NCBI GenBank assembly: GCA_047517145.1
Contig: JAKZTI010000074.1
Location: forward strand, 1 to 54,901
Length of the DNA stretch: 54,901 nucleotides
Source of the DNA: Gammaproteobacteria bacterium
Lineage (GTDB): Bacteria > Pseudomonadota > Gammaproteobacteria > Eutrophobiales > Eutrophobiaceae
Reading direction: 5' to 3'
Under the pieces are notes generated by a model. That model made no database searches and had not been told where the DNA came from. It saw nothing but the letters and a program-made list of their open reading frames with translations. Of the stretch, positions 1 to 10,240 are shown one piece after another. A program made the translations under genes and the position numbers. How positions within the stretch are numbered: the stretch's first letter is position 1; the number at the start of each line of letters is the position of its first letter.

Positions 1-219
1 GCACTTGTCGCAGGTGCTGATGGTATGCAGGCAATTAATATGATTCTTGAGAATGCAAATCGCTATCTCGCCAGTAATGCTTCACTATTGATTGAACACG
101 GCTATGATCAAAAACAATTAGTTCAAGAGGCTTTCCTGAAACACGATTTCAGGCAGCTTAAAACATTTCAGGATTTATCCGGGCAAGATAGAATTACCCG
201 TGGACAAGCTACAGATTAA
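1..219 (+). CDS. prmC: C-terminal fragment of release-factor glutamine methyltransferase (PrmC/HemK); the 5' end lies outside the window
   Basis: Frame 1 is open from base 1. The tail ...LLIEHGYDQ...FQDLSGQDRITRG looks like a PrmC C-terminus. moeB follows 2 nt later, as in prfA-prmC-moeB clusters. Confidence 0.55.
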   Translation, partial: ALVAGADGMQAINMILENANRYLASNASLLIEHGYDQKQLVQEAFLKHDFRQLKTFQDLSGQDRITRGQATD

Positions 220-221
220 TT

Positions 222-965
222 ATGGATAACGATAAACTACTACGCTACAGCAGACAAATGATGCTGCCGGAAATAGATGCTGAAGGTCAGCAACGGCTGG
301 CAGATGCGCGTGTCCTGATCATAGGCCTGGGTGGGCTAGGTTCATCTTCATCCGTTTATCTTGCTGCGGCTGGTGTCGGCCATCTGGTATTGGTCGATTT
401 TGATGAAGTTGATATTTCCAATCTACAAAGACAAATTGTCCACGCAACTAAAGATATCGGCCGGCTCAAGGTAGACTCTGCCGCAGAACATCTGCTTGAG
501 CTCAATCCTGAGATACAGGTCACAAAGGTTGATCACAAGATTGAAAATGAAGAACTGGAAGAACAGATAAAATCATCTACCGTCGTGCTCGATTGTAGTG
601 ATAATTTTCAAACACGCTTTGCTATCAATGATGCCTGTGTTAAATATAAAATCCCTTTGGTATCTGGTGCGGCGATTCGTTTCGAGGCACAGGTCAGTGT
701 CTTTGATAGTCGTCATGAAGGCTCGCCCTGTTATCGCTGCCTGTATGGCAGTGAAGCAGAAGTTGAGCAAAGCTGTACGGCGAATGGCGTGATTTCTCCC
801 TTACTCGGGATTGTTGGCAGTATTCAAGCCTGTGAAGCCATGAAAATAATTATGCAAATAGGTGAGACCCTGGAAGGCAGGCTACTACTTCTGGATGTCA
901 TGCATATGGAATGGCACACCGCGAAACTTAACAAAGATCCTAAGTGTCCGGTTTGTAGTCACTAG
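222..965 (+). CDS. moeB: Molybdopterin-synthase adenylyltransferase, ThiF/MoeB family
   Basis: LRYSRQ motif, Rossmann GLGGLGS nucleotide loop, and two CxxC pairs (CYRC, CPVC). At 247 aa it matches MoeB length, and it sits after prmC. Confidence 0.8.
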   Translation: MDNDKLLRYSRQMMLPEIDAEGQQRLADARVLIIGLGGLGSSSSVYLAAAGVGHLVLVDFDEVDISNLQRQIVHATKDIGRLKVDSAAEHLLELNPEIQVTKVDHKIENEELEEQIKSSTVVLDCSDNFQTRFAINDACVKYKIPLVSGAAIRFEAQVSVFDSRHEGSPCYRCLYGSEAEVEQSCTANGVISPLLGIVGSIQACEAMKIIMQIGETLEGRLLLLDVMHMEWHTAKLNKDPKCPVCSH

Positions 966-1327
966 ACCATAAACTGAGCAACGCCATCACGGAATGACCA
1001 GTCGATATCGTGATTTTCAACAATCGTAATCAAAACATTAGCAGGGTCAATGCCCGGATCGGCGGCAAGATTTTCAACCGCCCTGGCATAAAATGCCTGC
1101 TTTGATTTATCCGATCGTCCTGCTCTCATGGTCAAGTGCATCATGACACGATCACCTGTTCTTTCCTGCAGCTGTAAACAGTGCGGCTCGAGCTCATGAA
1201 TAATCTGGTATCGATCATCATCGGGGAATCCCATAGTCTCAATAACAGCTGAATTAATACCATCGGCGACCGCCTTGACGTATTCCGGTGATTTACCTTT
1301 TAATATTGATATGTTGACTAGTGGCAT
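962..1327 (-). CDS. Tautomerase-family protein (4-oxalocrotonate tautomerase-like)
   Basis: The 121-aa product starts MPLVNISILKGKSPEYVKAV, giving the catalytic Pro1 after Met removal, which is typical of the long tautomerase family. It is convergent with moeB and overlaps it by 4 nt. Confidence 0.6.
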   Translation of the reverse strand: MPLVNISILKGKSPEYVKAVADGINSAVIETMGFPDDDRYQIIHELEPHCLQLQERTGDRVMMHLTMRAGRSDKSKQAFYARAVENLAADPGIDPANVLITIVENHDIDWSFRDGVAQFMV

Positions 1328-1433
1328 TCTATTTCTCTAGATTTATGATAGGTATGATTATACACAACTGCCTACCTGATTTAGATAGTGTATAAAAAAT
1401 TATGGATATGAAAGGAATATCTATTAAAAATAA

Positions 1434-1509
<76 letters not shown>

Positions 1510-1605
1510 ATTTTCTAAATGCTTACTACTAAGTTGGTAATATCAAAGAGCGCGTATTAAACAGACCTTGTTCCAATTCGTCAAGTCCGTACGACTCCCA
1601 TTGAA

Positions 1606-1878
1606 TTATTCCTCAGGCGGAACGAATTCATCGGGTCGCTTTGAACCAGAACCAAAAAAGAATTTTTCCATTTCTTCTTCAAGAAATTTACGTGCCTTGG
1701 GTTCGATCGGCGTTAAGCGATATTCATTGATTAACATGGTTTGATGTTGCAACCATTCTTGCCAGGCTTCCTGGGAAACATTCTGATAGATTCTTTTGCC
1801 CAGTTCACCAGGATAAGGCGGTACCTTTAACCCTTCCCCTTCTTTATTCAGTTTTACACACTGTACTATCCTGCTCAT
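1606..1878 (-). CDS. yggX: Fe(2+)-trafficking / oxidative-damage protection protein YggX
   Basis: [17 protein letters not shown]...[32 protein letters not shown] is a typical YggX sequence. The ATG at 1878 has AGAGG 8 nt upstream and is preferred over the TTG at 1899. The gene pairs with mutY. Confidence 0.9.
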   Translation of the reverse strand: MSRIVQCVKLNKEGEGLKVPPYPGELGKRIYQNVSQEAWQEWLQHQTMLINEYRLTPIEPKARKFLEEEMEKFFFGSGSKRPDEFVPPEE

Positions 1879-1918
1879 TAAGATACCTCTTTCATTCAAT
1901 ACCTGAGTTAATTGACCG

Positions 1919-2977
1919 TTATTCTGACATAGTCAGTAATAAATTTTTAACTGGTGTCGGGACACCGAACTTCAAGGCATCACCTGACGAGCACCACTGC
2001 TGGCCACTCACTTCTTTAACATTATTGCATTGTTTTACCTTTAAATGGACAGGCAAAATCTCCATGTGGAAATGCGTCAACCTATGCTTAATGATTGACA
2101 GTTTCTGAATAATAGAACCACTGAAACCGGTTTTGGCCAATAACCATTCTTCGATATCATCATCAGGCAAGCACTCCGGGAAACACCATAGACCACCCCA
2201 TATCCCTGTTGCAGGACGCTTTTCAAATAATATTTCACCTTTTTTGTTCTCCAGTAACAGAAAAACCGTTTCGCGTAGTGGGATTGTTTTTTTCGGTCTG
2301 GGGTTTGGATATTTTTGCTGTGATTCTTGTTCCCTGGCAAGGCATCCCTGAGATACCGGACAAATACTGCATTGTGGTTTCGTGCGAGTGCAAATAGTTG
2401 CGCCCAGATCCATGATCGCCTGTGTGTACCGGGCAACATTTTTTTCTGGCGTTAGATCTTCCGCCAAATGCCATAACTGCTTTTCTACTGCTGACTCCCC
2501 TGGCCAACCGTTCACTGCATAAAAACGGCACAGTACCCGTTTTACATTACCATCAAGAATGGCATAGTGCTGCTTGAAAGCCAGCGCCATAATCGCGCCA
2601 GCAGTAGAACGTCCAATACCCGGTAGCGTTAGGAGTTTTTCTTTATCCGCGGGAAGATCACCATCAAAATTATCACAAATCATCTTTGCAGCACAATGCA
2701 GATTCCGCCCTCGTGCATAATAGCCTAGGCCCGCCCAGTGACTCAAAACATCATCGATATCTGCATTCGCCAGTGATTCGATGGTAGGAAATTTTTCAAG
2801 AAAACGATTGTAGTAGGGAATGACTGTCGCCACCTGCGTTTGTTGCAACATGATTTCGGAAAGCCATACGTGATAGGGGTCAGGTTCCCGTTGCCATGGC
2901 AGATCATGCCGACCGTATTTTTTGTGCCAATGAATAAGGGTTTTAGAAAAACTATCCATCAACCGGATATCAAACAC
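1919..2977 (-). CDS. mutY: A/G-specific adenine DNA glycosylase MutY
   Basis: HhH-GPD region ([12 protein letters not shown]), Fe-S cluster cysteines (C..C..C...C) and a NUDIX-like C-terminal domain. The start is either GTG at 2977 or ATG at 2959. Confidence 0.9.
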   Translation of the reverse strand: MFDIRLMDSFSKTLIHWHKKYGRHDLPWQREPDPYHVWLSEIMLQQTQVATVIPYYNRFLEKFPTIESLANADIDDVLSHWAGLGYYARGRNLHCAAKMICDNFDGDLPADKEKLLTLPGIGRSTAGAIMALAFKQHYAILDGNVKRVLCRFYAVNGWPGESAVEKQLWHLAEDLTPEKNVARYTQAIMDLGATICTRTKPQCSICPVSQGCLAREQESQQKYPNPRPKKTIPLRETVFLLLENKKGEILFEKRPATGIWGGLWCFPECLPDDDIEEWLLAKTGFSGSIIQKLSIIKHRLTHFHMEILPVHLKVKQCNNVKEVSGQQWCSSGDALKFGVPTPVKNLLLTMSE

Positions 2978-2991
2978 TTCCGAGCATCCAT

Positions 2992-5900
2992 CTAGAATGG
3001 AAGACTATCTAACACAGATTCTAAAAGCGCCTCTTCAACGCTTTTGGATTCTTTCTTCGGCTGTTGTGTAGTATCAGTTGCCGGTGGCTGCGTTGTCTTT
3101 GTCGTTGTTTCTGGCGTCGACTGTTTTTGACCAGAAAGGTCTATACCGATTGCATCTCCCAGTGCATCAAGTGCGCCTTTTTGTATGGCCACACCCAGAA
3201 GCTTCCCATAATCAGGTTCACAGGCCGAGGCAAGGTCATCTAATGAACCACGGCATCTAATTGGTATCGCATAACCACCAATATTATAATTTTCCGATCC
3301 TCGCGTAGCGCTGTCTTCAACCACAGCAACACTTAGATCATATTTAATAGAATTGTTGCGTAGATTCCCAAGCGTATCTTTTTTATTGACGCCGCCATTG
3401 ACCTTAAAGCCTGGTGCCGTGATAAGCAGGTCATTATTCTTAATTACACCATTTTTGATGTTCAACGTGCCAGTTAATTGATCGAAGCGGGTTTCACCAC
3501 CCTGCTTTACTGTACCAAGTCGCTTACTTTCAAGTAAAACTTCTGCCTGCTCCAGCGTTTTTCTGACATCGATGCCACGCAAAACTCCATTCGTCACAGC
3601 AAGCCTGGCCTTGCCACTCAGCCCATGTTTAAGTTGAAGTGCATTGCTGCCTTTGGACGATACCTTGGCAGTAATGTTGGCGACCCCGGCAAGCTGGCTT
3701 TCTGGAGACTGGGTATAATCTTTCAGGAGTGGCTCAATTTGCACACCACTTAGTTGCGTCTCCTGTTGAAGTACTGCTGACTTGCCTCTGGCGTCCAGCG
3801 TGATGCTGCCATTATATTTCCCCTGATATAAGTCAGCCGATATTGGATCCAGCTTAACAATCCCATCGTTGGCATTGACACCTAATCTGATATTACTTAA
3901 ACGAAGATTTGAGTAAATTAATTTACCAATAAGCAAATCACCTTTGCCATTTAGTTTTCTCAATGTTTCCAGCGGCAAGTCAGTCGCTGACGTTGCCACA
4001 GCTTTCTGCTTTTCTCCTGCCCCTGCCTTCGCTTTTTTTACTGGTTTTGCCTTTGCTGATTTTACTTGGGGTGGTAAATACCGGTCCACATTGATGTTAT
4101 CGATGCCAATGCCAAAATCGAATCTAGGCTGGGTAAAATGCCTTACCGAAAGATTTCCTTTTAAATTTGTATCATCCAGCAATAAAGCAAGATCTTTTAA
4201 TTCAAGATCGCTGCTAGAACCCGAAAATTTTGTCTTCAAGGCTACTTTAGTCAGCACCTTTCTATCTGCAGTGATTGGCACTTCTTGTTTCATCTGCTTC
4301 ATAAAATTCCTAAGATTAAACTCAGTGATTGCCACATCACCATTGAATGCTAGTTTATCTTTTATTTGCGTGGCATTGATGTTCGCCTTCAAGTCCAGAC
4401 CAAGTCCATTTAAACTCATGTTATTGACAGAAAGTGTCTGCTTATCCAGATTCATTTTTGTATTTGCTGACATTGTCAAATCGACGGGAGAGTTCGGTAT
4501 ATCTTTTCCGGCAAACGTCGCTTTGATATTGAACGGACTCAGATCTATATCACTGCCGGTTCCCTTGATACCAATATCTACCGAGATTTTCTTCAGTACG
4601 CCTGCGAGCGCACCCTGATCAATAGCAACCAGAATGGCAGATAAATCCTCACCTTTTAATGCCAGCTGACCATCTATCTGACCTTTGTTACTGTTAAAAT
4701 CCGTCGCAACCATCTTTCCATTCAGTGTCAGGCCCAGTCCTTTTGCTGATAAAGAAGATAGATTGATGTTACCCTTTTTCATGTCCGCATTGAATTTTGC
4801 TGCCACATTAAAATTCTTTTTGGGCGCCTTTGATAAACGTTTACCATATTCGGCCAGCCTTGGATCATCACCACCTTCAAACTGACCCACGATTTGTAAT
4901 AAAGTTGGCAAATCAGGTCCGGTGGCGGTTAGCTCACCACTGATAGCGGGGGTGTTTGTTTGTATGTTCTCGGCAGCAAACTGTCCCTTGATCATGGCAT
5001 CCAGCATGTTGACATTCAGCGCTGAGACATTGAGTTTCCCGGTTGCTATATTCGCATCAAAATTCGTTTTAACTGAAAAGGATTTATTTTTTAGTTTATT
5101 TATCTGTTTTGCAAGGGGATCGTTTCCAAGCAGCTTGAAGATCAATCCCAGATCTTTTCCTTTGGCATCAAGCTTGCCTTTGACCCCCGGGGTCTCTGAA
5201 AGAAACTGACTGACATTCATATTCCCCTTAACATCCAGACCAAGACCCGTCACTGCCATTTTGCTGATAGTTATTGTCTGCTTGTCTAGATTTATTAGTG
5301 TATTGGCATTCAAGGACACTTTGGCAGGTGAATTAGGTACTTGTTTCCCCGAGAAAATTGCCACAGCTTTCACTGGGCTCATTTTGATATCATTTCGGTT
5401 GCCTTTAACGCCAACATCAACAGCTATTGAGCGTAAATTTTTCGCCAAACCATGTTGTCCCAGTGCAGCAAGGACGCTGGACAGCTTTTCACCCTGTAGT
5501 GATAACTTGCCATCAATATTGCCTTTATTACTGTTGATGTCATTCGCCTGTAATTGTCCGTCGACTGATATCCCAAACGTCTTAATCGACAAGGCAGGCA
5601 CATTGATATTGCCAGAAGCCAGATCAGCATCAAATTCAGTATTAACTTCGAAACTTTTGTTAGAAGCTTTGGATAATTTCTCACCGAGTATCTTGAGTTT
5701 CGGATCTTCACCACCTTCAAACTGACCAGCGACCTGAAGGAGAGTAGGTAAATCAGGCCCTGATGCCTTTAATTTCCCCTTCATGGCGGGGGTGTCAGAA
5801 TCAATATTACTAACCTCTACCTGCCCCGAAATAGAAGCGCCTATCAGGTTCGCCTTTAGATCAGAGATGGCAACATTGCCTTTACCCATATCAGCATTCA

Positions 5901-6903
5901 AGCTTGCTTGCAGATCAAATGATCGATCTTTTAATTTCGACAACTGACTTGCCAGGGGTTCGATCCCGGCGACCTTAAACAGACGGGCTAAATCATCTCC
6001 GGATACCGAGAGCCGCCCTTCAGTTATCGGCTGACCTGAATTGATATTACTGGGATTTAATTGTGCTTTGACAAGTGCCCCAAGGCCACTAAGCGTCAGA
6101 TCATTAATCGATGCAGTATCTTCTTGCAGGTTAAATGCGACGCCCATATTAAATTTAAGCTCAGTCTTTCCACCAGGAATATTTTTTCCTGTCAGTTTTG
6201 CCGTTACCCCAATCGGATCGAACGCATATGTTTCTGCATCAAGATCGTAGGATGCTGTTCCCTGCATGTTTATATCTGCTGTAATCGCAGGCTGACTGGA
6301 CTCTGCCTTTAAATCCATTTTGATATCGATAGGCTTGCCAAAAATCAGCTCCCCGGTGGACATATTCATGTTACTGATCCTGAACGTTTGGCCTGTGCTC
6401 TGATCGTCCCAGGTAAATCGAGTATCTTTTATATCAACACCACCCAATATCACGGCAGCCAGTTTTATCGGCTCCTGTTTTTTCGAATCATCCTTTTCCT
6501 CACGTACAAGATCGTCCCAGTTGTTAACCCCTTCCTTGTTCTTTGCCAGATTGATTTCGACACCATGCAGCTTCAAGGTGTCTAGCTCATATTGTTTATC
6601 TAGTAACGGCATGGTTTTAATGCGCAGAGCTACCACATCGGCATGTATAAAAGGTGCATCCCCAAAGCCTTCTGCATTTCCCAGGGTCACGCCACTAACT
6701 TCAAGCCCCAACCAGGGGTAATAGCTAAGATTAATATCTCCTTCCAGTTTGAGTTGCCGACCAGTTTCTTCTTCGACCTTGGCAATAATTCGATCCTTAT
6801 GGTCATTCGGATCGAAATACAACACAGCAGCAAGCACAACCACGCCGAAAAGCAATCCCACCAAAATAGTTGCGCCCAGTAAAAGCTTGATCAATTTACC
6901 CAT
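2992..6903 (-). CDS. Large AsmA-family outer-membrane biogenesis / lipid-bridge protein (about 1,303 aa)
   Basis: N-terminal signal anchor MGKLIKLLLGATILVGLLFGVVVLAAV followed by an AsmA-type N-domain (FDPNDHKDRI..LEGDINLSYYPWLGLEV). ATG at 6903 with AGAGGA upstream is preferred over GTG at 6909. It lies next to mutY-yggX as in pseudomonads and contains a 280-aa internal duplication. Confidence 0.8.
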   Translation of the reverse strand: MGKLIKLLLGATILVGLLFGVVVLAAVLYFDPNDHKDRIIAKVEEETGRQLKLEGDINLSYYPWLGLEVSGVTLGNAEGFGDAPFIHADVVALRIKTMPLLDKQYELDTLKLHGVEINLAKNKEGVNNWDDLVREEKDDSKKQEPIKLAAVILGGVDIKDTRFTWDDQSTGQTFRISNMNMSTGELIFGKPIDIKMDLKAESSQPAITADINMQGTASYDLDAETYAFDPIGVTAKLTGKNIPGGKTELKFNMGVAFNLQEDTASINDLTLSGLGALVKAQLNPSNINSGQPITEGRLSVSGDDLARLFKVAGIEPLASQLSKLKDRSFDLQASLNADMGKGNVAISDLKANLIGASISGQVEVSNIDSDTPAMKGKLKASGPDLPTLLQVAGQFEGGEDPKLKILGEKLSKASNKSFEVNTEFDADLASGNINVPALSIKTFGISVDGQLQANDINSNKGNIDGKLSLQGEKLSSVLAALGQHGLAKNLRSIAVDVGVKGNRNDIKMSPVKAVAIFSGKQVPNSPAKVSLNANTLINLDKQTITISKMAVTGLGLDVKGNMNVSQFLSETPGVKGKLDAKGKDLGLIFKLLGNDPLAKQINKLKNKSFSVKTNFDANIATGKLNVSALNVNMLDAMIKGQFAAENIQTNTPAISGELTATGPDLPTLLQIVGQFEGGDDPRLAEYGKRLSKAPKKNFNVAAKFNADMKKGNINLSSLSAKGLGLTLNGKMVATDFNSNKGQIDGQLALKGEDLSAILVAIDQGALAGVLKKISVDIGIKGTGSDIDLSPFNIKATFAGKDIPNSPVDLTMSANTKMNLDKQTLSVNNMSLNGLGLDLKANINATQIKDKLAFNGDVAITEFNLRNFMKQMKQEVPITADRKVLTKVALKTKFSGSSSDLELKDLALLLDDTNLKGNLSVRHFTQPRFDFGIGIDNINVDRYLPPQVKSAKAKPVKKAKAGAGEKQKAVATSATDLPLETLRKLNGKGDLLIGKLIYSNLRLSNIRLGVNANDGIVKLDPISADLYQGKYNGSITLDARGKSAVLQQETQLSGVQIEPLLKDYTQSPESQLAGVANITAKVSSKGSNALQLKHGLSGKARLAVTNGVLRGIDVRKTLEQAEVLLESKRLGTVKQGGETRFDQLTGTLNIKNGVIKNNDLLITAPGFKVNGGVNKKDTLGNLRNNSIKYDLSVAVVEDSATRGSENYNIGGYAIPIRCRGSLDDLASACEPDYGKLLGVAIQKGALDALGDAIGIDLSGQKQSTPETTTKTTQPPATDTTQQPKKESKSVEEALLESVLDSLPF

Positions 6904-6908
6904 TAACA

Positions 6909-8345
6909 CTAATCCTCTTGTATACGAACAACTCCAAGGCGTTCGTGTCCAGAATGTATGGCCTTGTAAACCTGTTCCGGTGCGGTACCACCCTGATGAG
7001 CACGCGCCGCAACTGATCCTTCCAGACTCAGGAAATCAAAGACATCATCATCTATGACTTGACTGAATTGCTTTAATTCATCCAGCGTTAATTCAGATAA
7101 ATCCTTGCCTGCTTCAATTGCATATTGCACGGACTGTCCAACCATCGCATGTGCATCCCGGAAAGTAATATCTTTGCGTACCAGATAATCTACCAAATCA
7201 GTCGCCGTGGTAAAGCCCTGCATGGCTGCTTCGCGCATGCGTTCCTTGTTCACCACTATTTCAGGCACCAAACCTGCGTAAGCATGTAAACAGTCTTTGA
7301 CGGTATCTATCACATCAAACAAAGACTCCTTGTCTTCCTGATTGTCCCGGTTATAGGCCAGTGGTTGGGCTTTCATCAAGGTCAACAAGCCCATCAAATG
7401 TCCATACACCCGTGCAGTTTTGCCGCGAACCAATTCTGGAATATCCGGATTTTTTTTCTGCGGCATAATCGAAGATCCCGTACACCAGGCATCGCCCAGA
7501 TCAATAAAACCAATTTGCTGCGACATCCATAACACCAGTTCTTCCGAGAAACGAGACAAATGCATCATGATCAAGGCGGAACAACTGCTGAACTCGATGG
7601 CAAAATCCCGATCACTGACAGCATCCAGGGAATTATTCGTTACTGCAGGAAATTTTAATAATTCAGCCGTGTACTGCCGATCAATCGGGTAGCTGGTACC
7701 TGCCAGCGCAGCGGATCCCAGTGGCATAACATTAATACGCACATGACAATCAGCCAGACGCAGACAATCCCGGTAAAGCATTTCAAACCAGGCCATCATG
7801 TGGTGACCAAATGTTACGGGTTGTGCCGTTTGCATATGTGTAAAACCGGGCATGATTGTTTCGGCCTCGCGTTCGGCCAGATCCAGTAAAGCTGACATGA
7901 CATTAACCAGCAAGTCCTGAATCTCAGCCACTTCATCACGCAAATAGAGACGAATATCTGTAGCGATCTGATCATTCCGTGAGCGCCCGGTATGCAGTTT
8001 TTTTCCAACATCACCAACACGGGTGACCAGCGCGGTTTCAATATTCATGTGCACATCTTCCAGCGTGCCCTGCCACTCGAAGTCTCCCTGATCGATCTCT
8101 GCTTCGATCGATTGTAGTCCTTCAATAATTTGTTCAGATTCCTGCCGCGAAAGCACACCGACCTTGGCCAACATGCTGACATGCGCCACTGATCCCATAA
8201 TGTCATAATGGTAAAGACGTTGGTCGTAAGAAACAGACTGTGTGAACTGTTCAACAAAGGCATCAGTGGATACAGAAAAACGTCCCCCCCATGGCTTATC
8301 TTGCTTAGACTTATCTTGTTTGGTTTTATCGGTTTTATTTGTCAT
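6909..8345 (-). CDS. argH: Argininosuccinate lyase
   Basis: [17 protein letters not shown]..., the fumarate-lyase signature region [12 protein letters not shown], and 478 aa including a 17-aa K/D/Q-rich N-terminal extension. Confidence 0.95.
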   Translation of the reverse strand: MTNKTDKTKQDKSKQDKPWGGRFSVSTDAFVEQFTQSVSYDQRLYHYDIMGSVAHVSMLAKVGVLSRQESEQIIEGLQSIEAEIDQGDFEWQGTLEDVHMNIETALVTRVGDVGKKLHTGRSRNDQIATDIRLYLRDEVAEIQDLLVNVMSALLDLAEREAETIMPGFTHMQTAQPVTFGHHMMAWFEMLYRDCLRLADCHVRINVMPLGSAALAGTSYPIDRQYTAELLKFPAVTNNSLDAVSDRDFAIEFSSCSALIMMHLSRFSEELVLWMSQQIGFIDLGDAWCTGSSIMPQKKNPDIPELVRGKTARVYGHLMGLLTLMKAQPLAYNRDNQEDKESLFDVIDTVKDCLHAYAGLVPEIVVNKERMREAAMQGFTTATDLVDYLVRKDITFRDAHAMVGQSVQYAIEAGKDLSELTLDELKQFSQVIDDDVFDFLSLEGSVAARAHQGGTAPEQVYKAIHSGHERLGVVRIQED

Positions 8346-8452
8346 TTTTTACGTACAATCGATGTTTTTGTTTTTATACCCAAACTACTTGGAAATATGT
8401 TTGATAATTTCCGACAGTATAACGTAAGCTACCTTTGAAAATTCATTATTTT

Positions 8453-9511
8453 ATGACAATGAACCAACAGCAAGCACATTCTTTTTTACCGGATTTTTGC
8501 AGCGTCCGTATGCTTTTCGTCGTACTTCTCCTAGGCGAATTACTTGCTATTATTCTGACGCTAACACCTTCAACACCAGGCCAGGATCGTATTGAAAATT
8601 TGGCTTTATATTCACTCTTCATACAGTGGGTAGTCTTGTCTTGCACCGCGGCACTCTGTCTCAGTAGAAACTATCTGAACCGCATGTCAGATTTTTGGGC
8701 AGCCACCTTGAGTTACTGCCTGACCCTGCTGATAGCTCTGGTAATTACAGAGCTGGCCTGGTGGATATTCCATGTAAGGCCTGCACTGGCAGACAGGGTG
8801 GCCGGACACGGCAGCTTCTTCTTCGAATGCATGGGGATCAGCGCCATTGTTAGCGCGCTTTCATTACGCTATTTTTATATACAGCATCAATGGCGAAAAA
8901 ACATTGAATCAGAGGCCGAAGCGCAGGTACAGGCACTACAATCACGGATTCGACCGCATTTCCTGTTTAATTGTATGAATACTATTGCCAGCCTGACACG
9001 CAAGGATCCGAAGCTGGCTGAGGAAGCCACTGAAGACCTGGCCGATTTATTTCGCGTCAGTCTGCAGGAAGCCAAACGACTGTCTACCGTGGCCGAGGAA
9101 ATCTCCTTGTGCAAACGCTACCTGCGTATTGAATCACACCGCTTTGGTGATAGATTGAAAACTATCTGGGAAACGGATGATTTGCCTGGACATGCGCAAC
9201 TTCCCAACCTGACGCTTCAACCTATTCTTGAAAACGCGATTTATCATGGTATCGAGCCCTTGCCTGAAGGTGGTGTGATTCATATTCGCGGTCAATCACA
9301 CGCTAATGAAATATCCATCACAATTGATAACCCACTGCCTGCCGGAGAAAATGCTGATCATCATAAGGGGAATCAAATGGCTCAGAACAATATTCGGCAA
9401 CGCTTGGCTGCCCACTATGGAGACAAGGGGCAATTGCTGACAAAGGTGGAAGATCATCGTTACATCACAAAAATCATTTTGCCTTATCCTTATGAAAATA
9501 CTGATCGTTGA
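8453..9511 (+). CDS. algZ: LytS/AlgZ(FimS)-type sensor histidine kinase
   Basis: Polytopic N-terminus, LytS-type H-box RPHFLFNCMNTIASL and a C-terminal HATPase (ILENAIYHG). It overlaps a LytTR regulator gene and follows argH, as in argH-algZ-algR of P. aeruginosa. The ORF opens at TTG 8435; the first ATG is at 8453. Confidence 0.75.
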   Translation: MTMNQQQAHSFLPDFCSVRMLFVVLLLGELLAIILTLTPSTPGQDRIENLALYSLFIQWVVLSCTAALCLSRNYLNRMSDFWAATLSYCLTLLIALVITELAWWIFHVRPALADRVAGHGSFFFECMGISAIVSALSLRYFYIQHQWRKNIESEAEAQVQALQSRIRPHFLFNCMNTIASLTRKDPKLAEEATEDLADLFRVSLQEAKRLSTVAEEISLCKRYLRIESHRFGDRLKTIWETDDLPGHAQLPNLTLQPILENAIYHGIEPLPEGGVIHIRGQSHANEISITIDNPLPAGENADHHKGNQMAQNNIRQRLAAHYGDKGQLLTKVEDHRYITKIILPYPYENTDR

Positions 9512-10226
9512 TGACGAAATCCTGGCCAGAGAACGGCTAGTGAGTCTGGTTTCTGAATTGAATTCTGATTTTTCAATCTCGGAAGCTGAAAACGGCGTTG
9601 CAGCACTGAAAATGATCAGCAAGGAATGCCCGGAACTCATACTGTTGGATATTCGTATGCCGGTAATGGACGGTCTCGAAGTTGCGCATCATCTTGCCGG
9701 ACTGGAATCACCCCCAGCAATCATTTTTACCACAGCCTATCAAGACTATGCCCTTGATGCCTTCGATGCGCACGCAGTCGATTACCTAATGAAACCAATT
9801 CGTAAAGAACGCTTGCAACAGGCCATTGACAGGGCCAAAGCCCTGAGCAAAGCCAATATTAATGTATTAAGAGACCATCACGATTCAGATAGCAGCCGTT
9901 CTCATCTGAGCACGACCGTTCAGGGAAATCTGCAAATCATTCCTATAGAAAAGATTTACTATCTGAAAGCTGATCAAAAATATGTCACGGCGGTCTGGCC
10001 TGAAGGGGATTTATTAATTGATGATTCCCTGAAATCACTTGAACAGGAATTTTCTTCGCAGTTCATACGTATCCATCGTAATACACTGGTAGCATTTGAA
10101 TATATTCTGGGGTTGGAAAAAGACAAGGAAGGCAACCCCGCTATCAAATTACAAGGAATAGAAACACGACTACCAGTAAGCAGGCGCCACGCTAGTCATA
10201 TCAGAAAAGTGCTCAAGCATTTATGA
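9492..10226 (+). CDS. algR: LytTR-family response regulator (AlgR-like)
   Basis: REC domain (MKILIVDDE..LLDIRMP) plus a LytTR DNA-binding domain (YLKADQKYV..FIRIHRN). It overlaps the kinase gene by 20 nt. Confidence 0.85.
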   Translation: MKILIVDDEILARERLVSLVSELNSDFSISEAENGVAALKMISKECPELILLDIRMPVMDGLEVAHHLAGLESPPAIIFTTAYQDYALDAFDAHAVDYLMKPIRKERLQQAIDRAKALSKANINVLRDHHDSDSSRSHLSTTVQGNLQIIPIEKIYYLKADQKYVTAVWPEGDLLIDDSLKSLEQEFSSQFIRIHRNTLVAFEYILGLEKDKEGNPAIKLQGIETRLPVSRRHASHIRKVLKHL

Positions 10227-10240
10227 CTGGCAATTCAAGC

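Noticed and set aside
962-965. Convergent moeB and tautomerase genes overlapping through a shared CTAG that carries both stop codons
   Set aside because: The overlap is real but trivial and has no evident regulatory meaning.
3944-6882. Many plus-strand ORFs of 60-224 aa (for example 3944-4618, 5261-5725 and 4922-5209) opposite the AsmA-family gene
   Set aside because: They are antisense shadows of a long, clearly homologous minus-strand gene. Their products are low-complexity and S/F/L/P-rich, with no recognisable motifs or start context.
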